Origin: a virus | Lineage: Duplodnaviria > Caudoviricetes | Virus record (IMG/VR): IMGVR_UViG_3300020576_006644 | Location: 32,001 to 96,000 of that record | Length of the DNA: 64,000 bases | Strand: one strand, 5' to 3' | In this document: positions 1-9,234 of the stretch, piece by piece | How positions within the stretch are numbered: the stretch's first letter is position 1 | How the letters are laid out: each line of letters begins with the position of its first letter | Position numbers and translations under genes: made by a program | The notes under the pieces: generated by a model | Database searches by the model: none | Seen by the model: the letters and a program-made list of their open reading frames with translations, nothing else | Told to the model about the DNA's origin: nothing

Positions 1-2
1 CA

Positions 3-152
3 ACACCGTCTGGAAATTTTGCGGAGGGGACAGTCTATTCCGACGTGATCGTGCAGAGCACGACATGGGACCCCATTGCGCAGGAGTTCATCAATCCGCC
101 TGCTGGGATCACCCCGATCACATATTATTTCACCGTAGACCTGTTCTACTGA
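3..152 (+). CDS. 3' end of an ORF running in from upstream (probably tail/structural)
   Basis: Open frame TPSGNFAEGTVYSDVIVQSTTWDPIAQEFINPPAGITPITYYFTVDLFY ending TGA at 150-152. Confidence 0.55.
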   Translation, partial: TPSGNFAEGTVYSDVIVQSTTWDPIAQEFINPPAGITPITYYFTVDLFY

Positions 153-155
153 ACG

Positions 156-860
156 CTACTCCGGCGTACCCGGGTTGACGGGCTCGGCGAACGTGCTGAG
201 CGGAACCTCGTCTCCGATCTCGTAGAAGCTGAGCGTGTCGTTGATGTCGTCCCAGGCCTTGGTGCAGTACTTGCCGGGGATGTAGACCCATACGTCGGTG
301 TGGACGGGGATCTTCTTGTAGGCGCGGAAGCCCTTGGCCTGGGTGTCGTACACGACGAGGTAGGGCTGCAGGTTGGACTCGTTGGCGGCCTTGGGGAGGG
401 CCTGCACCCAGCTGTCGCGCGGGACGAGCGGGCACGTCCAGCTCCCGGTCTCGTAGTAGCCGTTGAGCGGCAGGCTCGCCTTGAACTGCGCCCAGCCGGG
501 GAGGCAGCGCCACTTCTGGTCGGCGGTCCAGTAGAAGAGGCACTTGGCGCGGAGCTGGTTGTCGAAGTGGGGCTTGTAGCCGCTCGGCTCGGAGTTCTCC
601 CACATCCACAGCGGGCCGTTGAGGTAGGTCGCGTAGTCCGGCTCGCCGGGGCTGTTGGGGTTGGACCACCACCAGAACTCCACGTCGTCGAGCTTGCTGA
701 TCCGCACCGGCGGCTTGGTGATCATGTCCGGCGGCGGCTGCAGGTCTGGGGTAATCGCCATGTCGGCGACCTGCTGGGGCGGCCCATCGGTGAAGTGGAC
801 GGTCGGCGCGCAGCCGACGAGAAGGACCGTAAGGAGGGCGGGAAGATTCAAGACGTGCAT
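156..860 (-). CDS. Lipoprotein (myxobacterial Cys-containing type), candidate superinfection exclusion
   Basis: AAGGAG RBS then MHVLNLPALLTVLLVGC (lipobox LVGC); Pro/Asp linker DMAITPDLQPPPDM; antisense to tail genes. Confidence 0.7.
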   Translation of the reverse strand: MHVLNLPALLTVLLVGCAPTVHFTDGPPQQVADMAITPDLQPPPDMITKPPVRISKLDDVEFWWWSNPNSPGEPDYATYLNGPLWMWENSEPSGYKPHFDNQLRAKCLFYWTADQKWRCLPGWAQFKASLPLNGYYETGSWTCPLVPRDSWVQALPKAANESNLQPYLVVYDTQAKGFRAYKKIPVHTDVWVYIPGKYCTKAWDDINDTLSFYEIGDEVPLSTFAEPVNPGTPE

Positions 861-954
861 AGTAGTTCTCCTTTTCGCGTGTCTCGCAGATGATTCCGCT
901 GCTTGGAGAACTACTAGTGCTTTTGCGTGCTGCGGCGCAATCCCTGACGTTTGT

Positions 955-1623
955 TCAGGGTGTTTGATCGTACGTGCTGATGTATGACACAGGCCCGGTG
1001 GCCGGAGATGTGACAACCGTAGCCGCGTACACATCCCCCATCTGCACGTACTTGAACGCCGTGCAGATGCCGCCCATGGGTGTGCGGTAGTAGACGGTCG
1101 CCCCGGCGGCGGGCTTTGTCGATATGCTCCCGCGCGTGTAGTAGCGGCCGTCCCCGCCGATGAACTTGGCGAGGCCCCCGGACAGCGGGTTCATGGACAA
1201 GCCGTCGTCGCCACTGGTCAAGATCACCCGCGGGATCGTGCAGGACGAGTCGGTGAAGAAGACCTGATAGGCCTTGGGGGCGCAGTGGCCGGCGGCGAGC
1301 GTGCAGTAGAAGCCCCGGCAGGCGTCAAACCAAGTGTCGTTGAAGCCGCCGGCGCGCACCGTCCCGTCGGAGAAAAGCAGCCACTGCTGCCGGAGACACA
1401 CCCCGTTTCGCGGCTGCTGCAGCGGGATCTGGGTGGGGATCAGGTCCGGCGGCGGGGTGAGGTCGGCCAGCGCCAGGTCTCGGCCGGCGAGGTCGATGGA
1501 GGTGATGAGCGGGTGGACGCCGACCGCGGCGGCGCGGGCGCGGATGGCCGGCGAGTCTTCGCGGTGGCAGCCGACAAGGGCGGCGAGCAGCGGCAGGGCC
1601 AGGAGCAGGTGCGGGGTCTTCAT
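955..1623 (-). CDS. Lipoprotein, probable paralog of 156..860
   Basis: MKTPHLLLALPLLAALVGC lipobox; DLAGRDLALADLTPPPDL linker; Cys-rich body. Confidence 0.75.
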   Translation of the reverse strand: MKTPHLLLALPLLAALVGCHREDSPAIRARAAAVGVHPLITSIDLAGRDLALADLTPPPDLIPTQIPLQQPRNGVCLRQQWLLFSDGTVRAGGFNDTWFDACRGFYCTLAAGHCAPKAYQVFFTDSSCTIPRVILTSGDDGLSMNPLSGGLAKFIGGDGRYYTRGSISTKPAAGATVYYRTPMGGICTAFKYVQMGDVYAATVVTSPATGPVSYISTYDQTP

Positions 1624-1658
1624 GAGGGTCTCCTTAAAGTGGCTGTAGGATACACAGC

Positions 1659-2468
1659 ATGCCCACCGCCTCCATTCTGGTCAACGCGCTGGCGACCCCG
1701 CGGGCGGTGCCGGTCAACTCCGTCGTCACCCTGTCCGAGGCTGCCGGTGGGTGGCTGAGCTACAACTGGACTCTGCTGGACCAGCCCGAGGGGGCGGCGG
1801 ACGCGCTGGTGGGCCCGACCACGGCCACCCCGACCATCACCCCCAAGAAGGAGGGAACCTACCTCATCCTCTTGGTGGTGAACGCCGGGACCAACACCGA
1901 GCAGCGGGTGATGGCTGTCTTCTACGTGCTGCGGCTGCTCGACGGGCGCCGCAACCCCGCCGCCGGCGAGACGCTTGAGCAGAACATGGTCCGCGGGTGG
2001 GCGGAGAACGTCAACCAGCAGCTCACCGACATATCGGACCTGCGCAAGGACGCCGGGCGCCAGGCCGGGGTCATCAACTTCAACGGCTCGGCGGCCAACA
2101 GCTCGGTCCTGTATGTCGCCGGGACCCAGCAGCTGCTCGCCACGCTCCCCGGCTCGTTCTACCTGCCGACCATGGGCAAGGCACTCGCGAACTCCGCCGC
2201 CACCCTGCACGGGGACCTGTACCTGCTCGACCGCGGGGTCATAAACCTCACGGCGCCGGTGGCAGGCGAGGTGATCTGGGCCCGCATCCACGGGGTGGCT
2301 TACAACGTGCCTATAGGCGGCACCACCTTCGGGGACCCCATCTACCTCTCCAACACCGGGCTCCTCGACACCGCTCCCGGCGCCACCTCCAGGCAGGTCG
2401 GCATCGTGGTGCAGGCGCGCCTTGGGGACTGCGACGTGGAGTTCGACGGTCACAGGCAGGGGTTCTGA
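1659..2468 (+). CDS. Putative virion structural protein (Ig/PKD-like N-terminus)
   Basis: SYNWTLLDQPEG...PKKEGTYLILLVVN resembles a PKD/Ig-like strand pattern; Gly/Thr-rich C-terminus. Confidence 0.55.
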   Translation: MPTASILVNALATPRAVPVNSVVTLSEAAGGWLSYNWTLLDQPEGAADALVGPTTATPTITPKKEGTYLILLVVNAGTNTEQRVMAVFYVLRLLDGRRNPAAGETLEQNMVRGWAENVNQQLTDISDLRKDAGRQAGVINFNGSAANSSVLYVAGTQQLLATLPGSFYLPTMGKALANSAATLHGDLYLLDRGVINLTAPVAGEVIWARIHGVAYNVPIGGTTFGDPIYLSNTGLLDTAPGATSRQVGIVVQARLGDCDVEFDGHRQGF

Positions 2469-2890
2469 TGCCCATCTTCCGCCGCATCGCTGTGCTGCAG
2501 CGCGCCAGCGCCCACCTGCCGCTGAACGCCCCTCCCGACCCGCGCCGCACCATCGAGGTCCGGGCTGGGGAGGACAGCGATTTCTACTTCGAGTTGCTCG
2601 ATGATGGCGGCACCCCGGTGCAGACCGTCACCGGCGACGCCGTGCAGATCACCGTACGACCGACCCCCACCGTCGACGATGAGCGCGTCTTTCGCATCGA
2701 CCTTGCCCCGGCACCGCTGGAGGGCCCCAACATCTGGCACCTGCTCCTGGCCGCCGAGCTGACCCGTCGGAAGTCGACGGAATTTACCCGCGGCTTCTAC
2801 GCTCTCACCCGCATAGCCAGCGACGGGAGACGCGACTACATCATCGAGACGAGCCCCTTCCGCCTCTTCGGTTCGCCCGGGGCCCGCTAG
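2468..2890 (+). CDS. Putative structural protein (BppU N-terminal-like)
   Basis: ATG overlaps the upstream TGA; IEVRAGEDSDFYFELLDDGGTPV...AVQITVR pattern. Confidence 0.5.
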   Translation: MPIFRRIAVLQRASAHLPLNAPPDPRRTIEVRAGEDSDFYFELLDDGGTPVQTVTGDAVQITVRPTPTVDDERVFRIDLAPAPLEGPNIWHLLLAAELTRRKSTEFTRGFYALTRIASDGRRDYIIETSPFRLFGSPGAR

Positions 2891-3420
2891 TCCTCCTCGG
2901 GCTTGGGCCTCCGGTGCGCCCGCGGCTGGGTGGTTCCCCAGGGGCTCGCCAAGACCTTGGGCAGCTTCTCCCCGGGCTTTCTCGACATTCCGCGCTGGAA
3001 GGCCTCGACCGCCCGCAGCTCCAGCTGGCGAATCCTCTCGCGGGTGACGCCGAAAAAGGGCGACAGCGACCGCAGGATCATGGTCCGGTCCCCGGAGTCC
3101 ACGACCTCGGCCACGTCCAGCGCACAGCTGTAGGGGAGCTCGGCCGGGTCCTCGGCGGTCTGCCGCACCTCGGCTGTCTCGCAGTCGATGTCGACGAGCA
3201 AACTGTGGCGGCATGTCGCATAGCGACAAGGGCGGGCGGCGTTCTTGCCGCCGGGCATGCAGTCCGCCCTTGTCGTGGGTCGCCAAACAGGAAGCCGCCG
3301 CCGCGGCTTGGCGGCGGTAGGTGGCGGCGCTGGCGGAGCCCGGCGGCGGACCGGCCGGCGCGTGGACAGGCCGGACCGGCGAACGAGGATGATGACGTAG
3401 GAGGGCTCGGGCTCTTGCAT
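2887..3420 (-). CDS. Sigma-70 region-4-like HTH protein with Cys-rich N-terminal part
   Basis: FGVTRERIRQLELRAV = sigma70 r4 helix; preceded by RPTTRADC...RPC..ATCRHSL..SCALDVAE. Confidence 0.75.
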   Translation of the reverse strand: MQEPEPSYVIILVRRSGLSTRRPVRRRAPPAPPPTAAKPRRRLPVWRPTTRADCMPGGKNAARPCRYATCRHSLLVDIDCETAEVRQTAEDPAELPYSCALDVAEVVDSGDRTMILRSLSPFFGVTRERIRQLELRAVEAFQRGMSRKPGEKLPKVLASPWGTTQPRAHRRPKPEED

Positions 3421-3474
3421 GAGCCCAGAGGATGCGATGCGCAGGCTGTAGGGTCAACGTGCGCGTGAGATGGC

Positions 3475-4419
3475 TTACCCGCGCGTGGTGCCCAGCGCCG
3501 CAGCCACGCGGCCCGGATCTACCATCTGCAGGAGCAGAGAGATTTTGTCAGTCACGGTCATTCCGCTAGAGAACTCTCGGGCCACCTCGGGGAAGTAGTC
3601 GATGCACAGCGCCACGAGATCTGAATCCCTGACCTGCTCAAGTCGCCTGCGAAGGGCAGGGCGGTCCAACCTAGCTATCGGGGCTGGCACCGGCGAAGGA
3701 TTGTCACCCGCGGGCTGCGCAAACGCCTCAGCCACGGGCTCAATAAAAAGCCGCTCAGCCGCAGCCGCCTTCTCGACGTGGCTTGCTTGCGCAAAGCTGG
3801 CCTCCAGGCGCCGCCACTGCACCGACACCTCGGGCTCCGCCAGCTCCTTGGCCGCCCGCGCCGGGTCGCTGACCGCGTAGGCTGGGATCAGGCTCCGCGG
3901 GCCGTGGGCCAGCCACAGGATGCGGCTGTTGCCGCGCTCCACCCAGATGCCGGACCAGTCAGCCCCGGTCACACCGTCGACCAGCTTGCCGTCATAGTCG
4001 TCGAGCACGTTCCCGGTGATCTGACACCGGGGCAGCTTAGCGGTCGACGAGGAGATGGCGGCCGGCTGCACCACCAAAAGCCCCTTCCAGGTCGAGCGCT
4101 GGGCGGGCCGCTCCTTGAGGTCCTTGACGAGCGCCCGCGTCTCCGCCAGATCCGGCTGGCCGTTGCGCAGGACCACCCACGGCATCCCGCGGACGATCCG
4201 GCTCACCGCTGCGCGGGCGTCGGAGTCACCGGCCAGTGCCCGCTCCACCTCGTCGGCCTTGGCACCGCCGCCCTTGCACTCGGCGATGATGGTGGCGGCG
4301 CGCCCGATGGGGATGCCGAGCGCCTCCCCCAGGTCCTTGGCGCCGACGTGCGCCGCGCCCTCCGGGGTCCAGCCCTGCTTCTCCCACGCCTCTTTCTCTT
4401 TTTCGTTCAGGTCGAGCAT
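3475..4419 (-). CDS. Hypothetical protein with C-terminal effector-associated-domain (EAD)-like module
   Basis: C-terminal LRRRLEQVRDSDLVALCIDYFPEVAREFSSGMTVTDKISLLL. Confidence 0.55.
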   Translation of the reverse strand: MLDLNEKEKEAWEKQGWTPEGAAHVGAKDLGEALGIPIGRAATIIAECKGGGAKADEVERALAGDSDARAAVSRIVRGMPWVVLRNGQPDLAETRALVKDLKERPAQRSTWKGLLVVQPAAISSSTAKLPRCQITGNVLDDYDGKLVDGVTGADWSGIWVERGNSRILWLAHGPRSLIPAYAVSDPARAAKELAEPEVSVQWRRLEASFAQASHVEKAAAAERLFIEPVAEAFAQPAGDNPSPVPAPIARLDRPALRRRLEQVRDSDLVALCIDYFPEVAREFSSGMTVTDKISLLLQMVDPGRVAAALGTTRG

Positions 4420-4576
4420 CTGTGATCTCCTTGTGTGCGTTCAATAAAACCCTTGGATTGGAGCGCCATGCCATACCCGGCCAAGCCTCGCCGGGCCGTA
4501 CGTAACCCAACAGCAGCCCACCTCAACGATCTCTACCTACGCCGGGTGCAAGTAGCGCGCAATACCAGACGTTTGT

Positions 4577-5074
4577 TCAGCGCGGAGCACGCTCCCCGAC
4601 CTCATCGACGGTCCACCGCGGGGCCTTGAGCGAACTGCCCTTAGCAAGGCGCACGATCAGAAACCTGTACGGGTGCATCTCGACGGCGATCTTGAGCTTC
4701 GCCCAGCTGTCGTCGCGGAGGAAACCCTTGACCTCGTGAAATTCGATGATACCAGCGACGGTGACGACCCTAAAATCGGGGACGTAGAACGTGGAGTCGG
4801 CGAGTCGCAGGTGCTCAGGGTGTGCGTCTACGCGCCGAAACTCGCCGATGCGCTGCCGCGCCTTCAGGTGCTCAAAGTACGCGGCCTCGGTCTTGTTCAG
4901 CTTCGAGGGGCGCTCGTAGGCGATCACAGGGGGCGCCTGCATGATCTCAGCGAGCGGTGCCGGCTCCTGCTTTCGCTGGGTAGGGCAGGGGCTGTGGACC
5001 GCCGCTCCGCTCAGCATCACCGTGCTGTCCCCGGTCTTGAACGGCTGACCGCACAGCCCGCAATGCGTGTTCAC
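4577..5074 (-). CDS. PD-(D/E)xK nuclease (DUF1064-like)
   Basis: YVPDFRV...FHEVKG catalytic signature; N-terminal CxxC...HxxC. Confidence 0.75.
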   Translation of the reverse strand: MNTHCGLCGQPFKTGDSTVMLSGAAVHSPCPTQRKQEPAPLAEIMQAPPVIAYERPSKLNKTEAAYFEHLKARQRIGEFRRVDAHPEHLRLADSTFYVPDFRVVTVAGIIEFHEVKGFLRDDSWAKLKIAVEMHPYRFLIVRLAKGSSLKAPRWTVDEVGERAPR

Positions 5075-5442
5075 CGGCGCACCCCCAGCTTCCGGGTGAC
5101 GAGCCCCGACTGAAACAGCGTCAGGTCGTTGCGGATGACGGGGATGCCGAGCCGCTCGGCCTCGGCCAGTTCAGCCAGGGTCCCCTTGCTCGTCTCCCAC
5201 CCGGGGCAGGCGTAGACGACATCGCACCGCCTCATGAGCTCCAGCGTCCCGGCGTACATCCCGGCCTCGTCGATGCCGTTTTCGGCGGGGCCACCCAGCT
5301 TGTGCGGGATGACCGGGAAGACGTTCTTCCCGCAGGCGGCGAGCTGCACCCCGACCTCGCGGGCGATGCGGCAGTTCTCCTCGACGCCGGCTGGGGTGGG
5401 GGCCGTGTAGCGGCCGGCGACGTAGACCAAGATCATCTTCAT
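5071..5442 (-). CDS. DUF4406 / nucleoside 2-deoxyribosyltransferase-like protein
   Basis: VYVAGRYT...LMRRCDVVYACPGWETSKGTLAELAEAERLGIPV. Confidence 0.75.
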   Translation of the reverse strand: MKMILVYVAGRYTAPTPAGVEENCRIAREVGVQLAACGKNVFPVIPHKLGGPAENGIDEAGMYAGTLELMRRCDVVYACPGWETSKGTLAELAEAERLGIPVIRNDLTLFQSGLVTRKLGVRR

Positions 5443-7127
5443 TTTTGGGCTCCGAGCTGGATGTGTTGATCGAAGGGTATCCCCCTCGACATCTTCTCGT
5501 CGTGCGAGAGAACAACCACCAAATTGTCCTTGGCTTCCTCGACGAGCAAAGCGGCTATCCCGTCAAGGCCTTCATCGTCTAAACCATTAAGCGCCTCGTC
5601 GATGACGAGGTAGGGCAGCGCCAGCCGGTTCCGGTCCGAAGCGGCCAGAACCTGCCGCCGGGCCAGCAGCAGAGCCAGGTCGACCCGCCGCAGCTGCCCG
5701 GTGGAGTAGCGCCCGACCTCCGCCATCTCCTCCGGGCCTTCGTCCGGCCGCGCGCCGAGCACCCGCGAGACCTCGCGGACCTTGCCGCCGGCGGTCTCCG
5801 AGGTCCTGGCGATCTGGATGCGGGAGCCCGGCCATGCCCGCGCCAGCTTGGCGTTGGCCAGCTGCTCGACCACCTGGAAGGCCCGCTCAAGGAGGCCGGC
5901 ACGAGCACCGCGGGGACCGAGCATCCGCTCGGCCAGCTCCAGCGCCTGCCGCTCCTCATCCGCCCGGGCGAGATCCTGCTCGACCAGCTCCAGCCCAACC
6001 CTGGTCTGCTCGACCTTCTCCCGCGCCTGCGCCTCGGTCGCCCCCAGCCGCTGCCGCTCCTCGGCCGTAGCGATGCGGCGGGTAAGGTCCTTGACGGCGG
6101 CGTCTGCGGCGTCCCAGCGGCGCCGGAGGTCGGCTATCTCGGCGCGCAACTCGGCGCCGCGGATCTCCTGGTCGGAGGCGGCGCGGGCGCGCAGGGCCTG
6201 GACCTCGACGGCGAGCTGGTCGCTCAGCCTGCCGGCCTCTTCCCGGCGGCTGAGGATCTCGGCGCGGGCGCGTGCTGCCTCTGCCGGGTCCCCGAGCGGC
6301 CGGCGGCAGGTCGGGCAGGTCCCGTCCCCGCAGCGGCGCAGCTCGTCCGAGGCCTGCTGCTCCCGATAGCGGGCGTCCCGCAGCTGCTGCTCGACCGCCT
6401 GCAGCTCTGGACACGCCACCGGCGTCCGCAGCTGCTGATCCAGCTGGGCGACCCGCTGGTGGAGCGCCGCTCGCCGGCTCTCCAGCTTGACGCACTCCCC
6501 GCGCAGCACCGCCGGGTCATCCGCGGTGTCCGGCAGCGCCAGCACCCGCTGCAGCTCCTGCTCGGCCAGCTCAAGGTCGCGAGTCGCTCCGCTGTGGCGC
6601 GCGGCGGCGACGCGGAGTTCCCCCGCTTCATGCGCCTTTTGCCTGAACCGGCAGAGTGTCAGTCCATCGTCGAAGCCGGCGAGCGTGGGGACGAGCAGCT
6701 CGGTCAGGCGCTTGCGCTCCGCGTCGGTCCCGCAGCTGTAGGCGCTCGGGTCGTCGTGGCGCCACACGAGTAGGTCCGCCCACAGCTCCGCCGGCCCGTA
6801 CCGCTCGACCATGTAGGCCTCGGCCTTGGTCGCCGAGTCGCAGTCCACCTTCTTACCGGCGAGCGCCAGCGCCACCCGCACCTGCTGCCCAGCCTTCCCG
6901 CGGGACCGGACCGCCCGCAGGTCTCCCAGCTCGAAGTCCACCTCGCCACCCTGGCGCAGCGCGTCCCCGCGCGAGCCGGTGTGGCCGAACATGGCCAGCA
7001 GCGGGGCGTCGGCCGCCATAGATGTCTTAGCGCAGCCGTTCGGCCCGGTTAGAAGCACCAGCCCGCGCTCCGGCAGCTCAAGGCTGCGCGTGACCTTCCC
7101 GCCGTAGTTTTTGACCTCAATTCGCAT
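5439..7127 (-). CDS. sbcC: SbcC/Rad50-like ATPase (recombination nuclease subunit)
   Basis: Walker A GPNGCAKTS, coiled coils with CPTC zinc hook, signature YSTGQ, Walker B LVIDE, H-loop LSH. Confidence 0.9.
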   Translation of the reverse strand: MRIEVKNYGGKVTRSLELPERGLVLLTGPNGCAKTSMAADAPLLAMFGHTGSRGDALRQGGEVDFELGDLRAVRSRGKAGQQVRVALALAGKKVDCDSATKAEAYMVERYGPAELWADLLVWRHDDPSAYSCGTDAERKRLTELLVPTLAGFDDGLTLCRFRQKAHEAGELRVAAARHSGATRDLELAEQELQRVLALPDTADDPAVLRGECVKLESRRAALHQRVAQLDQQLRTPVACPELQAVEQQLRDARYREQQASDELRRCGDGTCPTCRRPLGDPAEAARARAEILSRREEAGRLSDQLAVEVQALRARAASDQEIRGAELRAEIADLRRRWDAADAAVKDLTRRIATAEERQRLGATEAQAREKVEQTRVGLELVEQDLARADEERQALELAERMLGPRGARAGLLERAFQVVEQLANAKLARAWPGSRIQIARTSETAGGKVREVSRVLGARPDEGPEEMAEVGRYSTGQLRRVDLALLLARRQVLAASDRNRLALPYLVIDEALNGLDDEGLDGIAALLVEEAKDNLVVVLSHDEKMSRGIPFDQHIQLGAQK

Positions 7128-7218
7128 CGAAGAAACCCATCCTGTACAGACCCCACATTCCCGCGAGGGTAGCCACGCCAGCACCCGTCAAGTAGCCGAG
7201 CCAAAAGTCATGGCTCAC
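7117..7218 (-). CDS. 33-aa membrane peptide between sbcD and sbcC
   Basis: GTG overlaps the sbcD TGA; MSHDFWLGYLTGAGVATLAGMWGLYRMGFFDAN, one hydrophobic helix. Confidence 0.5.
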   Translation of the reverse strand: MSHDFWLGYLTGAGVATLAGMWGLYRMGFFDAN

Positions 7219-8324
7219 CGCAGGCACTCCAGAGCGATCTGCACCGCTCGAACCTTGACCGCCTGGCTCACCCCCGGCTGCGCCGACGCCCACTCCTGCA
7301 GCGCATCCTCGACCTGCACGGCCCCCTGGACTGCCTCCACCACCTCGGTCTGCTGCTTGACGGTGGAGACCAGCTCGGTCTTCCAGCCGACTACACCCTC
7401 CCACTCGGAGATAATCGTTTCCGCCTCGCGCTGTTCGGCTTCGCTCATACAGCGGATGCTGAAAAACAGATCACAAGCGTCCAGTTCTTCCCGCGTATTG
7501 AGGTAGGTGAAGCCCTCTTCCCCGCCGTATTCGACTCGCTTCAGCTCCGCTAAGTCCTCAGTAATGAAACGTGGCCCCGGTACGTCGTGAAACTCGGTGA
7601 TTCCGCCTCCGTCAAGCACACACAGCTTGCCGACCTCCGGCTGGTCGCCAAAGTTTGCCTGGCACAGTGCGCCCACTTGTACGATGTTGATAACCCCTAA
7701 CACGCCTTCATGAATTACGTGCTGGTGGAAGTCACCACTTGCGAACACACGTAAATTGCAGTTCTTGGGAGCTTTTAGGCCAAGCTCGAAAATCTGCTCC
7801 ACGCTAATGATGTTTCGCCCGCTGGTCAAAAACGGCGATGTGCCTGGACCAACGATGCCGACATGCCCCAGGATTGACCAGTCACCCTTCCCGGCGCGCT
7901 CCAGCAGCTCGGTGAAGTACTCCACCGGAGGGCGGGGTGAGAACGGCGCCAGGATCACCCCGTCTTCCAGGTAGGTCGGTTCGTCCACCACGATGCAGTT
8001 CTTGGTCCCGACGAGCGCAGCAAGGGCGTTGTTGCCGGGTTCGTCGCTGCTCCGGTCGTGGTTGCCGGGGATGACGTAGACCGGGACCGGAGATCCGGCG
8101 ATGGCGTCGGCCGCCACCCCGATCACCTCGGGACTCGGCTTGCCGGTGTTGAACAGGTCCCCGAGCACCGCCACCCGGTCGCAGCCGATCTTGCCGGCGA
8201 GCTGCAGCCCGCGAGCGAAGGTGTCCCCGACCAGTCGGCAACGGAGGTTCACCCCGGCGGTGACGGGTCCGCCAAGCACTCGGTGGTTTTCTAGATGTAC
8301 ATCGCTAAGGAGCGCGATCCGCAA
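7215..8324 (-). CDS. sbcD: SbcD/Mre11 metallophosphoesterase nuclease
   Basis: SDVHL, GDLF, GNHD, GH, GDFH motifs; TTG start after AAGGGAG RBS. Confidence 0.9.
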   Translation of the reverse strand: MRIALLSDVHLENHRVLGGPVTAGVNLRCRLVGDTFARGLQLAGKIGCDRVAVLGDLFNTGKPSPEVIGVAADAIAGSPVPVYVIPGNHDRSSDEPGNNALAALVGTKNCIVVDEPTYLEDGVILAPFSPRPPVEYFTELLERAGKGDWSILGHVGIVGPGTSPFLTSGRNIISVEQIFELGLKAPKNCNLRVFASGDFHQHVIHEGVLGVINIVQVGALCQANFGDQPEVGKLCVLDGGGITEFHDVPGPRFITEDLAELKRVEYGGEEGFTYLNTREELDACDLFFSIRCMSEAEQREAETIISEWEGVVGWKTELVSTVKQQTEVVEAVQGAVQVEDALQEWASAQPGVSQAVKVRAVQIALECLR

Positions 8325-9027
8325 GGTAGTATTCTCCCTTTTTGCGATCAAATTTTACTAAACCGGACGCATACATTTTAATTACTAACCTAAATGCAGA
8401 TTCGTGGGCTATTCGATGGGTAGAGCTGTTGCACTTCCATAGGTTTACAATCCTATTATCTTTTTTAATTCCATTAATGTGGTGTATAACTTCTTTCCTA
8501 TCTATGTATCTTCCTAAATACTCTTCCATAACCAAAATATGCTCATACACATAACCACTTCTATGCGCTCTAGGGTGTGAACGATCTAATATAGCGGTAT
8601 AGCCATTAGAATCAGTGCGTCCTCCCTTCCACTGTGTCGCCATCGACTTGTATTTCCCGAAAGCGGGATTTTTGCTACCTTTTTTTGCTAACGCACCTTT
8701 CGGGCATTTAGTGCCTAAGCGTGGGTTAGGATTGTTGGCGAAAAATTCTTTGACTCTAATGCTTTGGGCTGTTTTTTGTTCTTCAGTCCGTGGGCTTTTC
8801 CAACCTTTTGAATGACCCTTTATCCATATATTCCACACCCGTCCCCTTTTTGATACATTTGAACCACACCCACATTTACAAAGAGGAGGTGGACCAATAG
8901 ACGGATAACGATGTCCTCGCACAAAAAGTAAATAACCGGGAGACTTTTTATCTTTTGGCGTAAATTCACCACACCCGCATGCGCATAGGCGTGGTTCGTG
9001 TGATTTACGACGAGTAGAAGCTAACAT
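8305..9027 (-). CDS. HNH homing endonuclease
   Basis: EHILVMEEYLGR...IHHINGIKKDNRIVNL; two CxCGC knuckles; sharply lower GC than flanks. Confidence 0.88.
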   Translation of the reverse strand: MLASTRRKSHEPRLCACGCGEFTPKDKKSPGYLLFVRGHRYPSIGPPPLCKCGCGSNVSKRGRVWNIWIKGHSKGWKSPRTEEQKTAQSIRVKEFFANNPNPRLGTKCPKGALAKKGSKNPAFGKYKSMATQWKGGRTDSNGYTAILDRSHPRAHRSGYVYEHILVMEEYLGRYIDRKEVIHHINGIKKDNRIVNLWKCNSSTHRIAHESAFRLVIKMYASGLVKFDRKKGEYYLADRAP

Positions 9028-9079
9028 TTGAAAAAATTACATTCACATTGAAAACCAATGCAAGCAAAAAGGGAGAAAA

Positions 9080-9224
9080 CGCCGCCGCGCGCCTTCCTGG
9101 GCTCCTGTCAGCCCTTTCCAGCGCAGGCGGCGAGTGTCAGAGGATCGGCGGTGATTCATGAGGGCCCAACTGAAAACCCCGTCCCGGTGCATCCACCGGG
9201 CACCACGCCCGCCGACCCCCTGAC
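9080..9224 (-). ncRNA. Candidate structured intergenic RNA
   Basis: 16-bp stem 9136-9151/9209-9224 that pairs fully only on the minus strand (two G-U pairs), inner hairpin CCCGGUG-GAUG-CACCGGG, second branched hairpin 9080-9132. Confidence 0.45.
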
Positions 9225-9234
9225 TGCAGGCCGG

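Noticed and set aside
8305-9230. Group I intron around the HNH gene
   Set aside because: sbcD and DUF2303 each look complete on either side and I could not identify P7/catalytic core elements; treated as a free-standing HNH.
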